DNA of 64,000 nt, taken from Lama glama. Its lineage: Eukaryota. The stretch covers positions 96,784,001-96,848,000 of the forward strand of contig CM052816.1 in NCBI GenBank assembly GCA_028534125.1, in the 5' to 3' direction. Shown in pieces: positions 1-11,249 of the stretch (position 1 is the first letter of the stretch; every line of letters starts with the position of its first letter). The position numbers and the translations under genes were made by a program. The notes below the pieces were generated by a model, which was not told the origin of the DNA, made no database searches, and saw nothing but the letters and a program-made list of their open reading frames with translations.

Positions 1-1418
1 TTTAGATTTTTTTCTTTTGTTTGTTTATTGTATTTTCTCTGTGGGCAGTGGGAATGTTGAGAAAAGGAGAGTTTCCCTTGACCAATCTGATTGGTCATCT
101 GCTTTTTCCCTGGGGTTCTGTCCTCAGGGACTGCCCAGCAGAGCAGAAAGAGCAGGAGCCGAGAGGCCAGCTTCAGCCCACTGCAAATCTAAGCTTGACC
201 ACTGCAGGACACTTATTTGGGCCACTAATCCTTTATGCTCAGATTTGTGCCTATGAAATGTCTGTGATAATGACCCCTTGGCAAGTTGTTTTAAGGAACA
301 AGCTGAAACTCTATGCAAAGATCTTAAACCCAGTGTTTGAAGCAAACTAAGTCCTAGTAAATGGTGGCTCTCATTTCTATGGTTGGTACCAGCTAACTCA
401 GCTCTGCTGGGCAAATGAAGACAAGACTTTTGATAAGCTCTGGAGCCTCTGACTAGACCACTGTTTCCATGACCTGCTTAAAAACGTTTGCAGGTACCTT
501 GTGCTTCTGGAAAATGTCCAATCAGAATAGAAAGATTTGATTTTTCCCTTCTGCATTTTTTGACTTGCTGTGTTGAGATCACATGATTTAAAGAAAAATT
601 TTAAAAGAACACTTGCCTTGAGAATAGAGAGCAGTCTTCTGACAAACTGAACCAGGTCTGAGACTGGCCAAGGCCGGGCACTTGAGAATGCCGCTAGAGC
701 TGGGGAGTTACTATCATGACCATCATCAATAACGGGAGTGAAGTGCCTTCTGGAGCCTAAGAAAGCCCACCCGGGCGCAGGCGGCACCGGCGCCGCCGCT
801 TCTGTCCAGGCTCTTCTCATCTGCGACCCTGTCATTCGCGCCTGAGCGCACAGACATCGGGGGAGGGGACGCGGCGGCAGCGGCGGCTGCTACGGGGGTG
901 AAGTGTCACAGTGTGTTCTGACGGAAAGAAAGATGTCGGGGTGTTTTTGGTTGGTACACCCCGTGAGTGCTCTGCAGGGTTTTGTTGGCCAAGTCCTCAT
1001 TTTTTCACAAGGCCAACGGGAGCAGAGTGTCTCGAAGCCCCTTGGGTCATTCCTCCCGCAGCCACTGGTAGTGGGGACACATTAAGGAAGGAGGGAGAAC
1101 AGGTGCAAGGACTGTGATCATCTTGGCTGTGTTCCCAACAGTGATTTAATAGCTGCTCTGAGCTGTGACGATTGACCCATCGCAAGGCTGACAGTCTCTA
1201 CATGCTCAGAAGTAAGAAGCCTGAAGTGGGACGGAAAGCAGCGGACTGGAAGTGTGGAAAAGGGGGGCGCTTTGTATTCAGTGGAATAAATGGGACCTGT
1301 CGCTATCCGAGGGTCCTTACCGGCCGTAGTCCAGTATCTGTGGCCCCGATACATCTACCTCTGACCTCTGTCAACTCCTTTCGTGGATTTCCTCTGCCTG
1401 TCCGCCTCTTGATTAGGG
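1..1418 (-). pseudogene. Large 3'-most exon remnant of the minus-strand pseudogene
   Basis: Acceptor aatctag| at 1419-1420. Its phase matches the 1576-1887 exon (FVF-C-PNQEADRQRK). The same frame continues through ORFs 1118-1354 and 398-835 with few stops. An AATAAA lies at 24-29 (minus). Confidence 0.6.
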
Positions 1419-1575
1419 CTAGATTAGGACTAAGGCAAATTTTAATTTTGAAAATAAATGTATTTGTAGTGGCTTCATTTCATTTAAAAAAAGGGGAGGA
1501 ATAATTTTTCAACAAAAATTTTCTACAATATTTCTTGATACAAAGAAGCTTTACTCTTAAAAATTGGTTTCTCAC

Positions 1576-1887
1576 CAAAATACAAAACTAGGATAATGCA
1601 GAAATTGCTTTAAGTCACTCAAGTATGTCTTAACAAGGCACTGGTTCCATTGTTTGACATTTACATTTTTCATAACTTTTCTATTTCCTTTTACCTCTGT
1701 GATCGAGTAGTGGAATTTCTCATGTGTTCTGAAAGATTCTGATATCCCGATAGACGTCAGCCTCGCACATTTAATTGTGTGAAAAGCTTCTTCATGTTGA
1801 CTGATATTTTTGTGTAAAGTGAATACTACATATGATGGATGGCACATAAAAATATCAATAACCCAACTGTGAAGCACATTTTAATGA
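1576..1887 (-). pseudogene. Pseudo-exon (H*NVLHSWVIDIFMCHPSYVVFTLHK...LKQFLHYPSFVF)
   Basis: ctgcag| acceptor, |gtgaga donor, 312 nt, phase 2-2, about 100 codons open after one stop. Confidence 0.75.
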
Positions 1888-2360
1888 CTGCAGTTAGGGA
1901 GGAAGGAGTGTACAAGGTTGCTCCCAGTGTGTTCTTAAAACACTCTGGGTTCTAGGCTAAGATTTTAAATCTCTTGCGTCTGGTTGTCTACCTGCTGCCG
2001 CCCACCCAGTTTTGAAAAATAAAGAGGCTAATTCCTTACAGGGTGTTGTGATGTTACTCACGTAATGTTGCTACCATCCCTTTTCTTGGCCTGTAGTCAA
2101 GTGCACCCTAGAAATCAAAATTCAAAACATCGACACCTTGGGACTTAATCAGTTGAGGAACAACATTTTAAAGAGGGCAAGTGAAGTTTCTGGGAGCATG
2201 TCAGAGGATGAGTCAGGGAGAAAAAGTTGGGAAAATAAAGAATAAAATGACTGCTTTTAGGAGTCCCTGTCCTTTACGTTCCCTCAGCTGTGATCCTCCA
2301 GGGTGGAGCCCCCACTTGTGAGAGCACCGGCCCCTCCCCCAGCCTTACACTGCCACTCCA

Positions 2361-2606
2361 GCTCGTTGAGGTCAGCATGTTGAAAGTGCATTTCGAACAC
2401 GCCTGAGCAATGTGCCCAGAGGTTAACGCCATCGGAAGTGAATTTGTATGTGGACTGAAGCTTCAGGGGAAGAGAAATTCTCATGCATGATTATGAAACT
2501 GTACACAGCCTTCCTTGTCTCAGGGATGGGCAATTATACATACAGCATGATGTGTGCCACTCAGATCTGGTTTTCAACTCAGCAGCTACTGCAGTCATGC
2601 ATCCAT
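2361..2606 (-). pseudogene. Probable pseudo-exon (VAHIMLYV*LPIPETRKAVYSFIIMHENFSSPEASVHIQIHFRWR)
   Basis: Protein-like minus-strand translation; splice sites degenerate and limits approximate. Confidence 0.45.
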
Positions 2607-3009
2607 CCAGTGAAAATCAGGGAGACTCAAAGAAAGAAGGAGAAGCATGTGAAGAAGGCTGCATCTTCCCTGTGGCTCCTCTGCCTGCTGGTCAGCCTCA
2701 CCCTCCATGGTCCCAACTTCTACCACGTGGCCTCCATAAGGTGGTCCTCGCTTTTGGGTTCTGGATACTCCTCTCCTCCCCTCTCCTCTGTCAGCCCGAT
2801 GAATGGCAGCAGCTCTCAAGTATTTATCAACACCTGGGTTGCCTTTCATTTGGCTTCTCACTCTCCCACCTCACATACAATAATCCTTGTGTTGAATTTC
2901 CTCATTTGAAATTTCTGCAGTGGTTTCTATTGCTTGTCTGACAGATAAAGATAAAGCCTCTTGGGGCCCCCTTCAGTCACTCAAGTGGGGGAGGCAAAGA
3001 GCAGGAAAC

Positions 3010-3592
3010 CGGGCCAGTCACTCTGAAGAACGTTAAGGCTAGAAAACCTCAAATTACACATTGCAGACCTCAGTGACCGAGAACACTGGTGTGCTCCAAA
3101 CTGCAGTTTGACCGGAGCTCAGTGGCAACAGCTCCACTCTGCTCCACACGGCGTCAGCTGAGTGGCCCAGCTAGGGTTAGACATTCCATTTCCAAAATGG
3201 CCTCAGTCCTGTGGCTCACTCGTGGCTGCTGGCTAGGAGTCCAGCAGAGGTTGTGGGTCAGGCCCTTGATCCTGCCCCATGCGGTGTCTTCATATGGCTA
3301 CGTTGGTCTTCTCCTAATAGGACCATCTTAGTTTAGTCCAATTTTTACGTGATGGCCAACTTCCTGTAGAATACAAAAGGAGGAGTTTCTGGGTCTGCTT
3401 AAAGCCTGAGCTCAGATGCCCAAGAATATGGCTTACATCACTGTCAGTTACTCAGATAACCACAGAGTAACCAGCTTCAAGGCAAGAGGAATTTGACCTC
3501 ATCTCTACAGGAGAGGTGGCAAGATAACATTACAGAAAAGCATGTGGGACTGGAGATATTTTTCTACCATCTGTGGAAATGTGATCTTGTAC
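3010..3592. mobile_element. MaLR (MLT1-type) LTR relic
   Basis: MLT1-like blocks such as cagctccactctgctccacacggcgtcagctg, tccaaaatggcctca and aagcatgtgggactggagatatt. Confidence 0.65.
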
Positions 3593-4037
3593 ACCTAGTC
3601 AGTTGGATTTCATGCAGTTATTTGTTCTAGTTTCCTTACCAGTAGGGTAACACTGCATCAGATTCAGCTCAGCCAGGACACAGGAACTTATTCTCCACCT
3701 GTACCCAGATTCCTTCTAATTCTTTCTTCCACCATGCATGTGAACATTTTTCCAACGTGTCTTTCTTATATCCTTTTCTCTTCCCTCCACCATTTGTGTT
3801 TAGTCATCATTGTCTTTTCTATCTATGCACTGAAATGTCGGCTTTTTTTTAACTTAACATGCATCTGTAATATTACTTCTCCCCTCTCAGTTGTAGGGGA
3901 GAACTTCCTCATCCTCTTTGACACATTCTTCCCATTCTTTTTCCTGAGGCTTACTTCTCCTTTCCTGATTCATGCCTCAAGTATTTCCCTTCTAAAAGAA
4001 GATTCCTTCTTTATACTACACAAATACTGTATTTACT

Positions 4038-4283
4038 CTAAAGCCAAATATTAAATGTTGTTTTGGGTGCAGGGAAAGTAATGGGCTAAGGTCTCTACAA
4101 TATTGTGTGCATTATTTAATGACGCTAAAAGTCATCAATTAGAATGTTTGCAAACACCATCAAAATGTCTTCAGGCTCAACCATAATCCCAAGATTACAA
4201 CCAACTTCATCAGTTCATCTTCATATGAGTTAACAAAGGTAATCGTGGTGTCTGCTTACATCCAAGCTCCCTCAAATATTTCC

Positions 4284-4329
<46 letters not shown>

Positions 4330-4476
4330 TTGTGTTCACTGTTGTATATATCCCAACCATAATTTGAAAGAAAGTATATACACCCAGTGATTCCTTTCTC
4401 CGTATTGGGAACGGTGATATCTGTTGGCACTTGGGCAGAGGTTTCAAACTCTTTTGGTTCACAGTACATGTAGTAC
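4038..4476 (-). pseudogene. Two probable pseudo-exons (YYMYCEPKEFETSAQVPTDITVPNTEKGITGCIYFLSNYGWDIY; TTITFVNSYEDELMKLVVIL) flanking a CA repeat
   Basis: Protein-like translations, an AG acceptor at the 4476 edge and a gtaaat donor near 4037; limits approximate. Confidence 0.5.
4287..4327 (+). repeat. (CA)n microsatellite
   Basis: About 20 uninterrupted AC units. Confidence 0.98.
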
Positions 4477-4613
4477 CTCAATTATTTGTTCATGGGACCC
4501 ACAGGCTAAAAGAAATGCCTTGTGTGAGCTTACACAACAGAAGGGGGTGTTCTAAGAAAATTCGCGGTGCTAGTAATAGCACCACTTTAACCCCGTTCTA
4601 AGTGACTTCATTG

Positions 4614-5350
4614 TCACTCTGGTTTCTCTCCACACCTGGAGAATGTATTCGTTCGGGATACTGTGTCTAGGCCTGGAGGACTTCGGGGTGCGCTCGTGGA
4701 ACTGCCAGTTTCCAGAGACCCCACGAAGCTGGAGAAAAGCTCTGCCTGCTTGGCCGCCTGTTGGCCTGCAGACCTTCCTCTGTGGTCTTCTTGGGCCCTC
4801 CAGTCAGCATCAGCTGCCTGCGCTGTGCTTCTGGTTCTCAACGCCGTTGTGGTGATGGAACCCCGTCCCAACAGCGCGGTTTGCCTGGAAGCAGGCATCT
4901 GGGAAGGAAAAAGGCCCAGGCCTGCTGTGGGAACGAAGGGGGAGCCGCGCTCGCAGATGTGTCCCTAGGCGTGCTCTTCCTGCCCTGCGAGCGCAGGCCC
5001 TTTGCGAAAAGGCCCCACTCACAGGGGAGCCACCTGCCAAGTCAGCTTTGACGGAGCAGCCCGTTTGCCTCTCTCGCCTGGTTGGCGGTGTGGAGGCTGG
5101 TCCCTACCGGGGATGCATCCGCAGCCAGCTGCCCGTGCACAGGCCATGGCCTCCGTGACCCTCCGAGGCGGGTCCCGACTCCCTGGCCGGGCCTGGATTC
5201 CAAACTTTTTGATCAGAAGTTTTGGGTTCTGTCCTCCCTTCTCCACCTCCAACTCGTTTTGTCCTTGGATTTTCAAGTCACAGAAGTAAATCACTTTGAT
5301 GCAAATTCACCGACTGCGCTTTGGCATGCTTTCATTTAGCCACTTCATAG
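4614..5350 (-). pseudogene. Possible large GC-rich pseudo-exon (low-complexity, disordered peptide)
   Basis: ORFs 5019-5294 and 4614-4898 share one minus frame with only a few stops between them; no splice sites confirmed. Confidence 0.35.
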
Positions 5351-6129
5351 GCTGTGAAACTTCACATTCCTTCTGGCCCTTGAGTCCATGTCCCAGGCAC
5401 ACACTTAGGGCCGGGCAAGCTCCTGAAGCCTGGCCCTGTGAGTCAGCGCGCTGTCTTCCTGCCTTCCCCAGTTCTCCAAGCTGCTCTTTGACTCTTTGTC
5501 ACCTAGCTTCCTCCCAGCGCTCCCTTTAATCTTCATGCTAACTGAATTGCATGCCCCCTTTCTCCCATAAAAAGAAACATAAGAGTCCAAGGGACTCCCT
5601 GGAAAATTCCATTCTCTACCCCAGCTACGTATGAACTCTCTTCCCGCCCCCTAGATGTCTGATGAAGCACTAATCCTGAGTCTGTAGTCCCCCAGGTAGG
5701 TTGCACGAGGTATAGCTTTAATGTGGTCTCACATTGCCTTGTATGAGAATGGAAATGTGTCTACTGAGGGACTTTTTTCATGTCTTTGGGGCCTGGTAGT
5801 TGAAATGATCTTTGGAGTGGAAGACTCCGCAATTGCTTTCAGACAGCCCGCGGGCGGGGGCGTCCACAGTCGGTCACGTTGGTAAGGAGGCAGGAGTGTA
5901 AACCTGGGACAGATGGCGGAGTTTAGTAGATGAATTAGAGACTACAGCTTCTGCCAGGAGCCCCTCTGGTGAGTTTTCTTTTCAGCCTTCTTTTCTTGAC
6001 AATTAATTAATCAACTAACATGCATTTATTAAGCTCTCATTATTAAATATCTATTATATTTCTATCTGTGTGAGGGTTCCATAGAAAACAGAAGATCTAC
6101 TGATTAGAAATATAATCATGATTACAAAA

Positions 6130-6310
6130 TACTCACCGCCTCCTATTATTAATTACCCCCACGTGCTATGAAGGGGTCCAGGGCTTCACACATGTCATCT
6201 TCAGTTCTCACGAAGACACTACACAGCGGGAATGCCAGCCCCATTTTAAATATGAAGAAGTCAAGGCTTAAAGTAGTCAAACTTAGCCAAGGCTTTTAGA
6301 TAGATAGTGA
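6130..6310. mobile_element. MIR SINE relic
   Basis: MIR core-like cccattttaaatatgaagaagtcaaggctt...acttagccaagg. Confidence 0.6.
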
Positions 6311-6357
6311 GGGAATAAGACAATATCACTATGACATAAATTATGATAATGATATTA

Positions 6358-6914
6358 TAGTGATCTCTCATTATCTGTGGTGGATTGGTTCCAGGACCCC
6401 CACGGATACTAAAATCCAAGGATGATCAAGTCCCTTATGTAAAAATGGCTTAGTCTCTGCATATAGCCTACACATACCCTCCTGTACACTTTAAATCATC
6501 TCTAGATCACTTTTAATACTGAATGCAGTGTAGATGCTACGTAGAGACAGCTGACCCTTGAGCAACACAGGTTTGAACTTAGCGGGCCCACTTACAGTGA
6601 GTTTTTTTCACTAAATACATACCACAGTACTACCTGGTCTGCAGTTAGTTGAATCCAGGGATGTGGAGCCCTGGAGACAGAGGGCTGACTGTAAAGTTAC
6701 ACTGGGATTTGTGACTAGTATGGGGGTTAGGGAACTTCATTGTTCAAGGGTCAATTTGTAGTTGTAAATGCAATGTAAATGTTATGTAAATAGTTACCAG
6801 CGGGTGGCAAATTCAAGTTTTGCCTTTTGGAATTCTCCAGAATTTTTTTTTTTCCTATCTGCAGTTGGTTGAATCCTAGGATGCAGAACATATGGACGGG
6901 GAGGACAGACTGTA
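6358..6914. mobile_element. MER2-type TcMar-Tigger element with a nested MER8-type element at about 6548-6760
   Basis: MER2 start ggattggttccaggacccccacggatactaaaatccaaggatg and end gttgaatcctaggatgcagaac...gactgta. The inner element has TIRs cagctgacccttgagcaacac / tgttcaagggtcaatttg. Confidence 0.8.
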
Positions 6915-8059
6915 ATTACCATCAGGTAAGTAATAAGGGCCTATTATGTGCGAGACAGACCTTATGCCATTAAACGCTTAGAAAAATTAAAGTGTAAGAT
7001 TCGATCTTTGTCCTCCAGGGAATCAAACTCATCATCAGTTGGAATCACAAAGTATGCATATTCTCAGGCCCCATCTTCAGTTTAATAATGGTCCCCAGCA
7101 CGAGGGGCACATGAGACTGTGAGGAGACAAGGGTGACCTAAAAGGCCAACTCTGTGGAGACTGCCCTGGACTGGTTAAAAGAGCTCTGCCCAAGCACACA
7201 GGCCTCCGTTCCAGATGCTCTTATTGGATGTGGGGCTGAATGCGGGTCCTCAGGTAAGTGCTTTCGCCTCTGTGAGCCTCGGCCTCCCTGTCTGTGAGTG
7301 GGGAGGGGCAGGCTCTGCCTCCCTCCCAAATCTGAACGACTCGGTAATACCCAGTGTGTTCTGAGGCTGCAGATGTTAGGCCTGTCCTGTGTAGAGCAGT
7401 TCTGGGAGCATCTGGTGTTCAAATGTGTCATTTAGAAGAAAGCCAACTGGGTTGCCTTCTGGTTTTTGAGCTCCGCCTCTTGCTGGTGCCCAGGGACATC
7501 GGGCTGCAAAGGACTAACTCATGCCTCGTAAGTGAACACACCCTCAGAGGACAGCAGAATGCCTGTCTGCGCCCCTCGGGGCCACATGAGTCCCGTGCAG
7601 ACGGGAAACTGTGCCGCGTACGCGCTCGGCATGTTTCCTCTTTAGTCAGGCTGCGTGAGAAACAGTATCATAGCCAGAAGCTATTCGCTGATGCAAGTAG
7701 AGGGTCACAATAGTCAGTTTATTAGACTTTTAAAAGCTCTCTTACACGGGCAGGTCTGTTTGAGAATAAGTGTGTCTACTGAGTTGGCATTAGAATAAAG
7801 AGACTTAGTTGTCTTGAAAAGTTCAATCTTCTAGGCCAAGATGGAGTGGTTTTACCATCAGGACCCGAAATTTAGAAATTTTTATCTAACTGCATGAGGA
7901 ACGGCCTTGGTAGTGACACTTAATCCCCAAAATTCCAATGGCTATTTTCCTCCTAAACTGAATGAGAATGTCCAATTTTCCGCTCTGGAATTTTTCCTTT
8001 TTTTCTTGTGTTATTAGGATAGTTCTACTTTTTTTGAGTTATTGACTTAAAAATAAACA

Positions 8060-8260
8060 CTCTGGACAACAGTTGTAGGACACCCAGCAGAAGTACAAAC
8101 TCAGGCAAGGTATTTATCCTTTTAAAGCTCAATGTCCTCACTTGCCGAAAGGGGAAAGTCATACCTAATCTGTATCATCGTTGTGGAAATAAAAAAGACA
8201 ATATATGTAAATCATTAAGTGCCACTTTTGGAACAAAGGCAATGTAATAATTAGTACATA
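8060..8260. mobile_element. MIR SINE relic
   Basis: tcaggcaaggtattta...ctcaatgtcctcacttgccgaaagggga...tatatgtaaatca. Confidence 0.55.
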
Positions 8261-8447
8261 TTAGCTTTGGATGGGAAAATTAGTTTTTGGTTAATTGCCG
8301 TCATAAAGGCCAACCATGTCATGTCATATCACTTTTTTTAATCCTAATCTACTTTTAGTGAGCCTAAACTGTTGAGAAATTTCCTGAGTTATAAACTATT
8401 GCGGTTTTGAAGGGGTTTTTTAGGTTAGCTAATGGAATACTATTCAC

Positions 8448-8723
8448 CCTAAGGAGTTCTCGGCAAATAGATACGCCACACGCATAGCTAAAACATGAAA
8501 AAGAGCGTGAGACTTTTTCATGAGGCGTAAGTCCCCAAATAACATTGAAACCATGCTCTAGACTTGACTTTCAAATAGGGTTCTTTTCATATTAGAAATA
8601 CTCATCAAACCCTTTGGGGAAAAAATTGAATGAAATCTTCGAGTTCCTGCATCTCTTTCTACATCTGCCTTGAGGATGAGAGTGACAAAGACCCTAATCA
8701 AAGCTTTGTACCTTGGTTATAGC
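8448..8723 (-). pseudogene. Pseudo-exon (L*PRYKALIRVFVTLILKADVERDAGTRRFHSIFSPKGLMSISNMKRTLFESQV*SMVSMLFGDLRLMKKSHALFHVLAMRVAYLFAENSL)
   Basis: ttctatccccag| acceptor, |gtgaat donor, 276 nt, phase 2-2, two stops. Confidence 0.75.
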
Positions 8724-8949
8724 CTGGGGATAGAAAACGTGGATACCGACACTGAGACAGCCTGCAATCAAAGCTCTCTCGCGTGTACATTTAGTCAGGC
8801 ACAAGGTCCCACTTGAATAGAATTAGATTCAGAGAGTAACTGGACTTCCAGTGCTATTTGGGAATAAAATCCAACTTAATGGTACAACGGTACAAATGTG
8901 CACGATAACACAGATGCAAAACATTTTAAAAATGACTTTTCAATGACAC

Positions 8950-9048
8950 CTCTTTTGTCTAAAATTTCTATATACTCCAGAGTAATCTGCTTGAGCTATA
9001 TGACTAGTTTGTTATGTGGAAAAAGTTTTTTAAGGTCATTGAAATATT
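8950..9048 (-). pseudogene. Pseudo-exon (YFNDLKKLFPHNKLVI*LKQITLEYIEILDKR)
   Basis: tgtacag| acceptor, |gtgtca donor, 99 nt, phase 1-1. Confidence 0.6.
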
Positions 9049-9604
9049 CTGTACAGATTCCAGTGAAGGCAGGGAGTTTTCCCCCTTTCAGCCAGTGCTC
9101 CTATCCCACCCAGAAATGGAAGCCTCTTGTTGCAGTTGGTAATGACAGTGCCGTTCCATGCTGAATGGGGAACTGCAACGGGGATGTCTTTTTGTTATTT
9201 GTTATGTGCAGTAGGGAATGTTAACTAAATAACTAACCTGATAAAGATAGAAATAAAAGTTGCTAGTTTCAGTCTTTGCCCTCCAGGGCCTCAAACCATC
9301 CGTAGCAGCACCATCTAGAATTAGAAATTAGAAAATCTTCTTATTCCCCAGTCCCACCCTGGTTCGAGTAATGGAGAGACGCACCTGATGGCTTTGGTTG
9401 GTTACTTCTTAGAGGAAAGCTACCTGATCTGACCCTCTTCTTTCTTTTGAGATCCCTTGGTTTCTCCCTTTCCAGTGCTCAGGGAGCTTAGACTCTGAGA
9501 AACTGACTTAACCTCATTAAATATACATAAGAGCAGGTGGACAGTAATCGGAACATTCTCACTGCAATGGATTTAGCATTTATTTATTTTTATTCTTTGG
9601 TAAC

Positions 9605-9839
9605 ACTCTTTCTCTGTTTTGCAATAAACTCCTCTGATATCAATGAACTTAAAAATTGAAAGCATATGCTCAATAAGAAATTCAGTATTGAATATTCATA
9701 TCGCAAGAAAACTGATAATGAACATACAGCTTGCACAAAATATTTCCTCATGCCTTGGGAGTCCTTGCTGTCATATTCCTGACCATTGAAACTGAGAAGG
9801 TGCAAATCACTGAAGATGTATCAACATCTTTTCCAATGT
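9605..9839 (-). pseudogene. Probable pseudo-exon (YIFSDLHLLSFNGQEYDSKDSQGMRKYFVQAVCSLSVFLRYEYSILNF)
   Basis: Corresponds to ORF 9590-9805; the acceptor appears mutated (ttacgg). Confidence 0.55.
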
Positions 9840-9929
9840 CCGTAAGTGTTTTAAGAAGCATGTGCCCACAACATGCTTGTGACACGTGCAGCTGTAATGG
9901 TTAGGTTTACACACCACTCTCCTTGGGAT

Positions 9930-11150
9930 TATTTTTATATCAAAACCTGTAAATTTATACTTTGTCTTTCTAACTACTGCGGGTCATGCGCTGATGGCCA
10001 GCTAGGTTGTTTCCTGTTATTCTGCTGTTTCAAGTGAAGTTTCCACACCCATCCTTGCAAATGTCTTTTTTGCACACAAATGTACATTTCTCTAGGTGGG
10101 GCTGTGCATTTTAGGTTTAACAGGAATAGCTGGATTACCTTCTTTAAAATCTATACCAGTTGGGAACTGCACAAGTGGAACACTAGCTTACAATGCACAC
10201 TGCGCCCTCAACAACACTATGGATTAGCAATTTCTGCCCATCTGAAGGGAAAACTGTATACCATTTGTTTAATTTGCATTTTTCTAATTTTGTATATTAA
10301 CTATTGCATATGCTTTGCATAGTTTTCTGTTATTATCCTTTCTTATTTCTTTGTGAAAACTTTTTGTCTATTAGAGATTAGCACTTGTCTTTTGATTGTT
10401 TTGTGGCATTTTCTGTGATATAGAGGAGTTTACAGGAGGTCAGCTCTATCAATAATTTTTGTATGGCTTCTAAACTTTGTGTAGCAAGCAGAACTTCCCT
10501 AAATTATTACACATATATTTAATTATATATATTAATTTAGTAGATATATGTCTACATAGATATGCATATTATATATGTTAATATATCAATTATATATTCA
10601 CTATCTATTTACATATTTATGCATATATTATATATAAAATGTATATATTATTTCATTTATATGTCAAGTCACTTTAAATTTATTTTTACTTTTAGGATTT
10701 GTGTCTTCATGAAACAATTCTAACTCTGACTAGAAAATGGACGTCTATATTATCTTCCAATTCATTGATTATTTTTATTTATATTTTTAATCCATATAAA
10801 TTAATTATGGTTCTTGACATGTGGCAGGTATATACCTTTTTGTTTATCTGCTTGATAGGTTTTTCCTAATGACATTTATACTTTCATTACTGATTTGAAA
10901 TGCTGTCTTTTTGTGTATTTTAAACATTTTATGTAGCCCTTATGCTGAGTTCTCTTCTATTTCATTGTTTCACTCCTTTTCTCTGAGTTAATACAATTAC
11001 AGTCATTGGAATTTCAGAGTATTTTGATATTTTGTAGTATATAGTCTCTTTTTGTTCTCTCTCAAAAAGAAAAAATAATCTTAGAAAGTCTCAAGCATTT
11101 TCTCCTGCCCATATTTCATTTAAAATGTGTCTGTTTTCTATAATTGAAGG
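9930..11150 (-). mobile_element. Old (L1M-type) LINE-1 3' fragment with an AT-rich insert at about 10500-10680
   Basis: Antisense L1 3' motifs ctaggttgtttcc, atttctctagg, aatagctggat and gtttaatttgcatttttctaat. Confidence 0.6.
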
Positions 11151-11249
11151 GGTGGTTAATTCTCATACATTTTGTCCCTATAAGTATAAAGACCGAGAAT
11201 TACTGGGGAGAAAAGGAAATATTTAGTCCATGACCTTGGAATGTTAAAT

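Noticed and set aside
1..900. Processed retrocopy with a GC-rich 5' end, AATAAA and A-rich tail on the minus strand
   Set aside because: The same frame extends upstream to a splice acceptor at 1419 that is in phase with exon 1576-1887, so it is better explained as a large exon of the unprocessed pseudogene.
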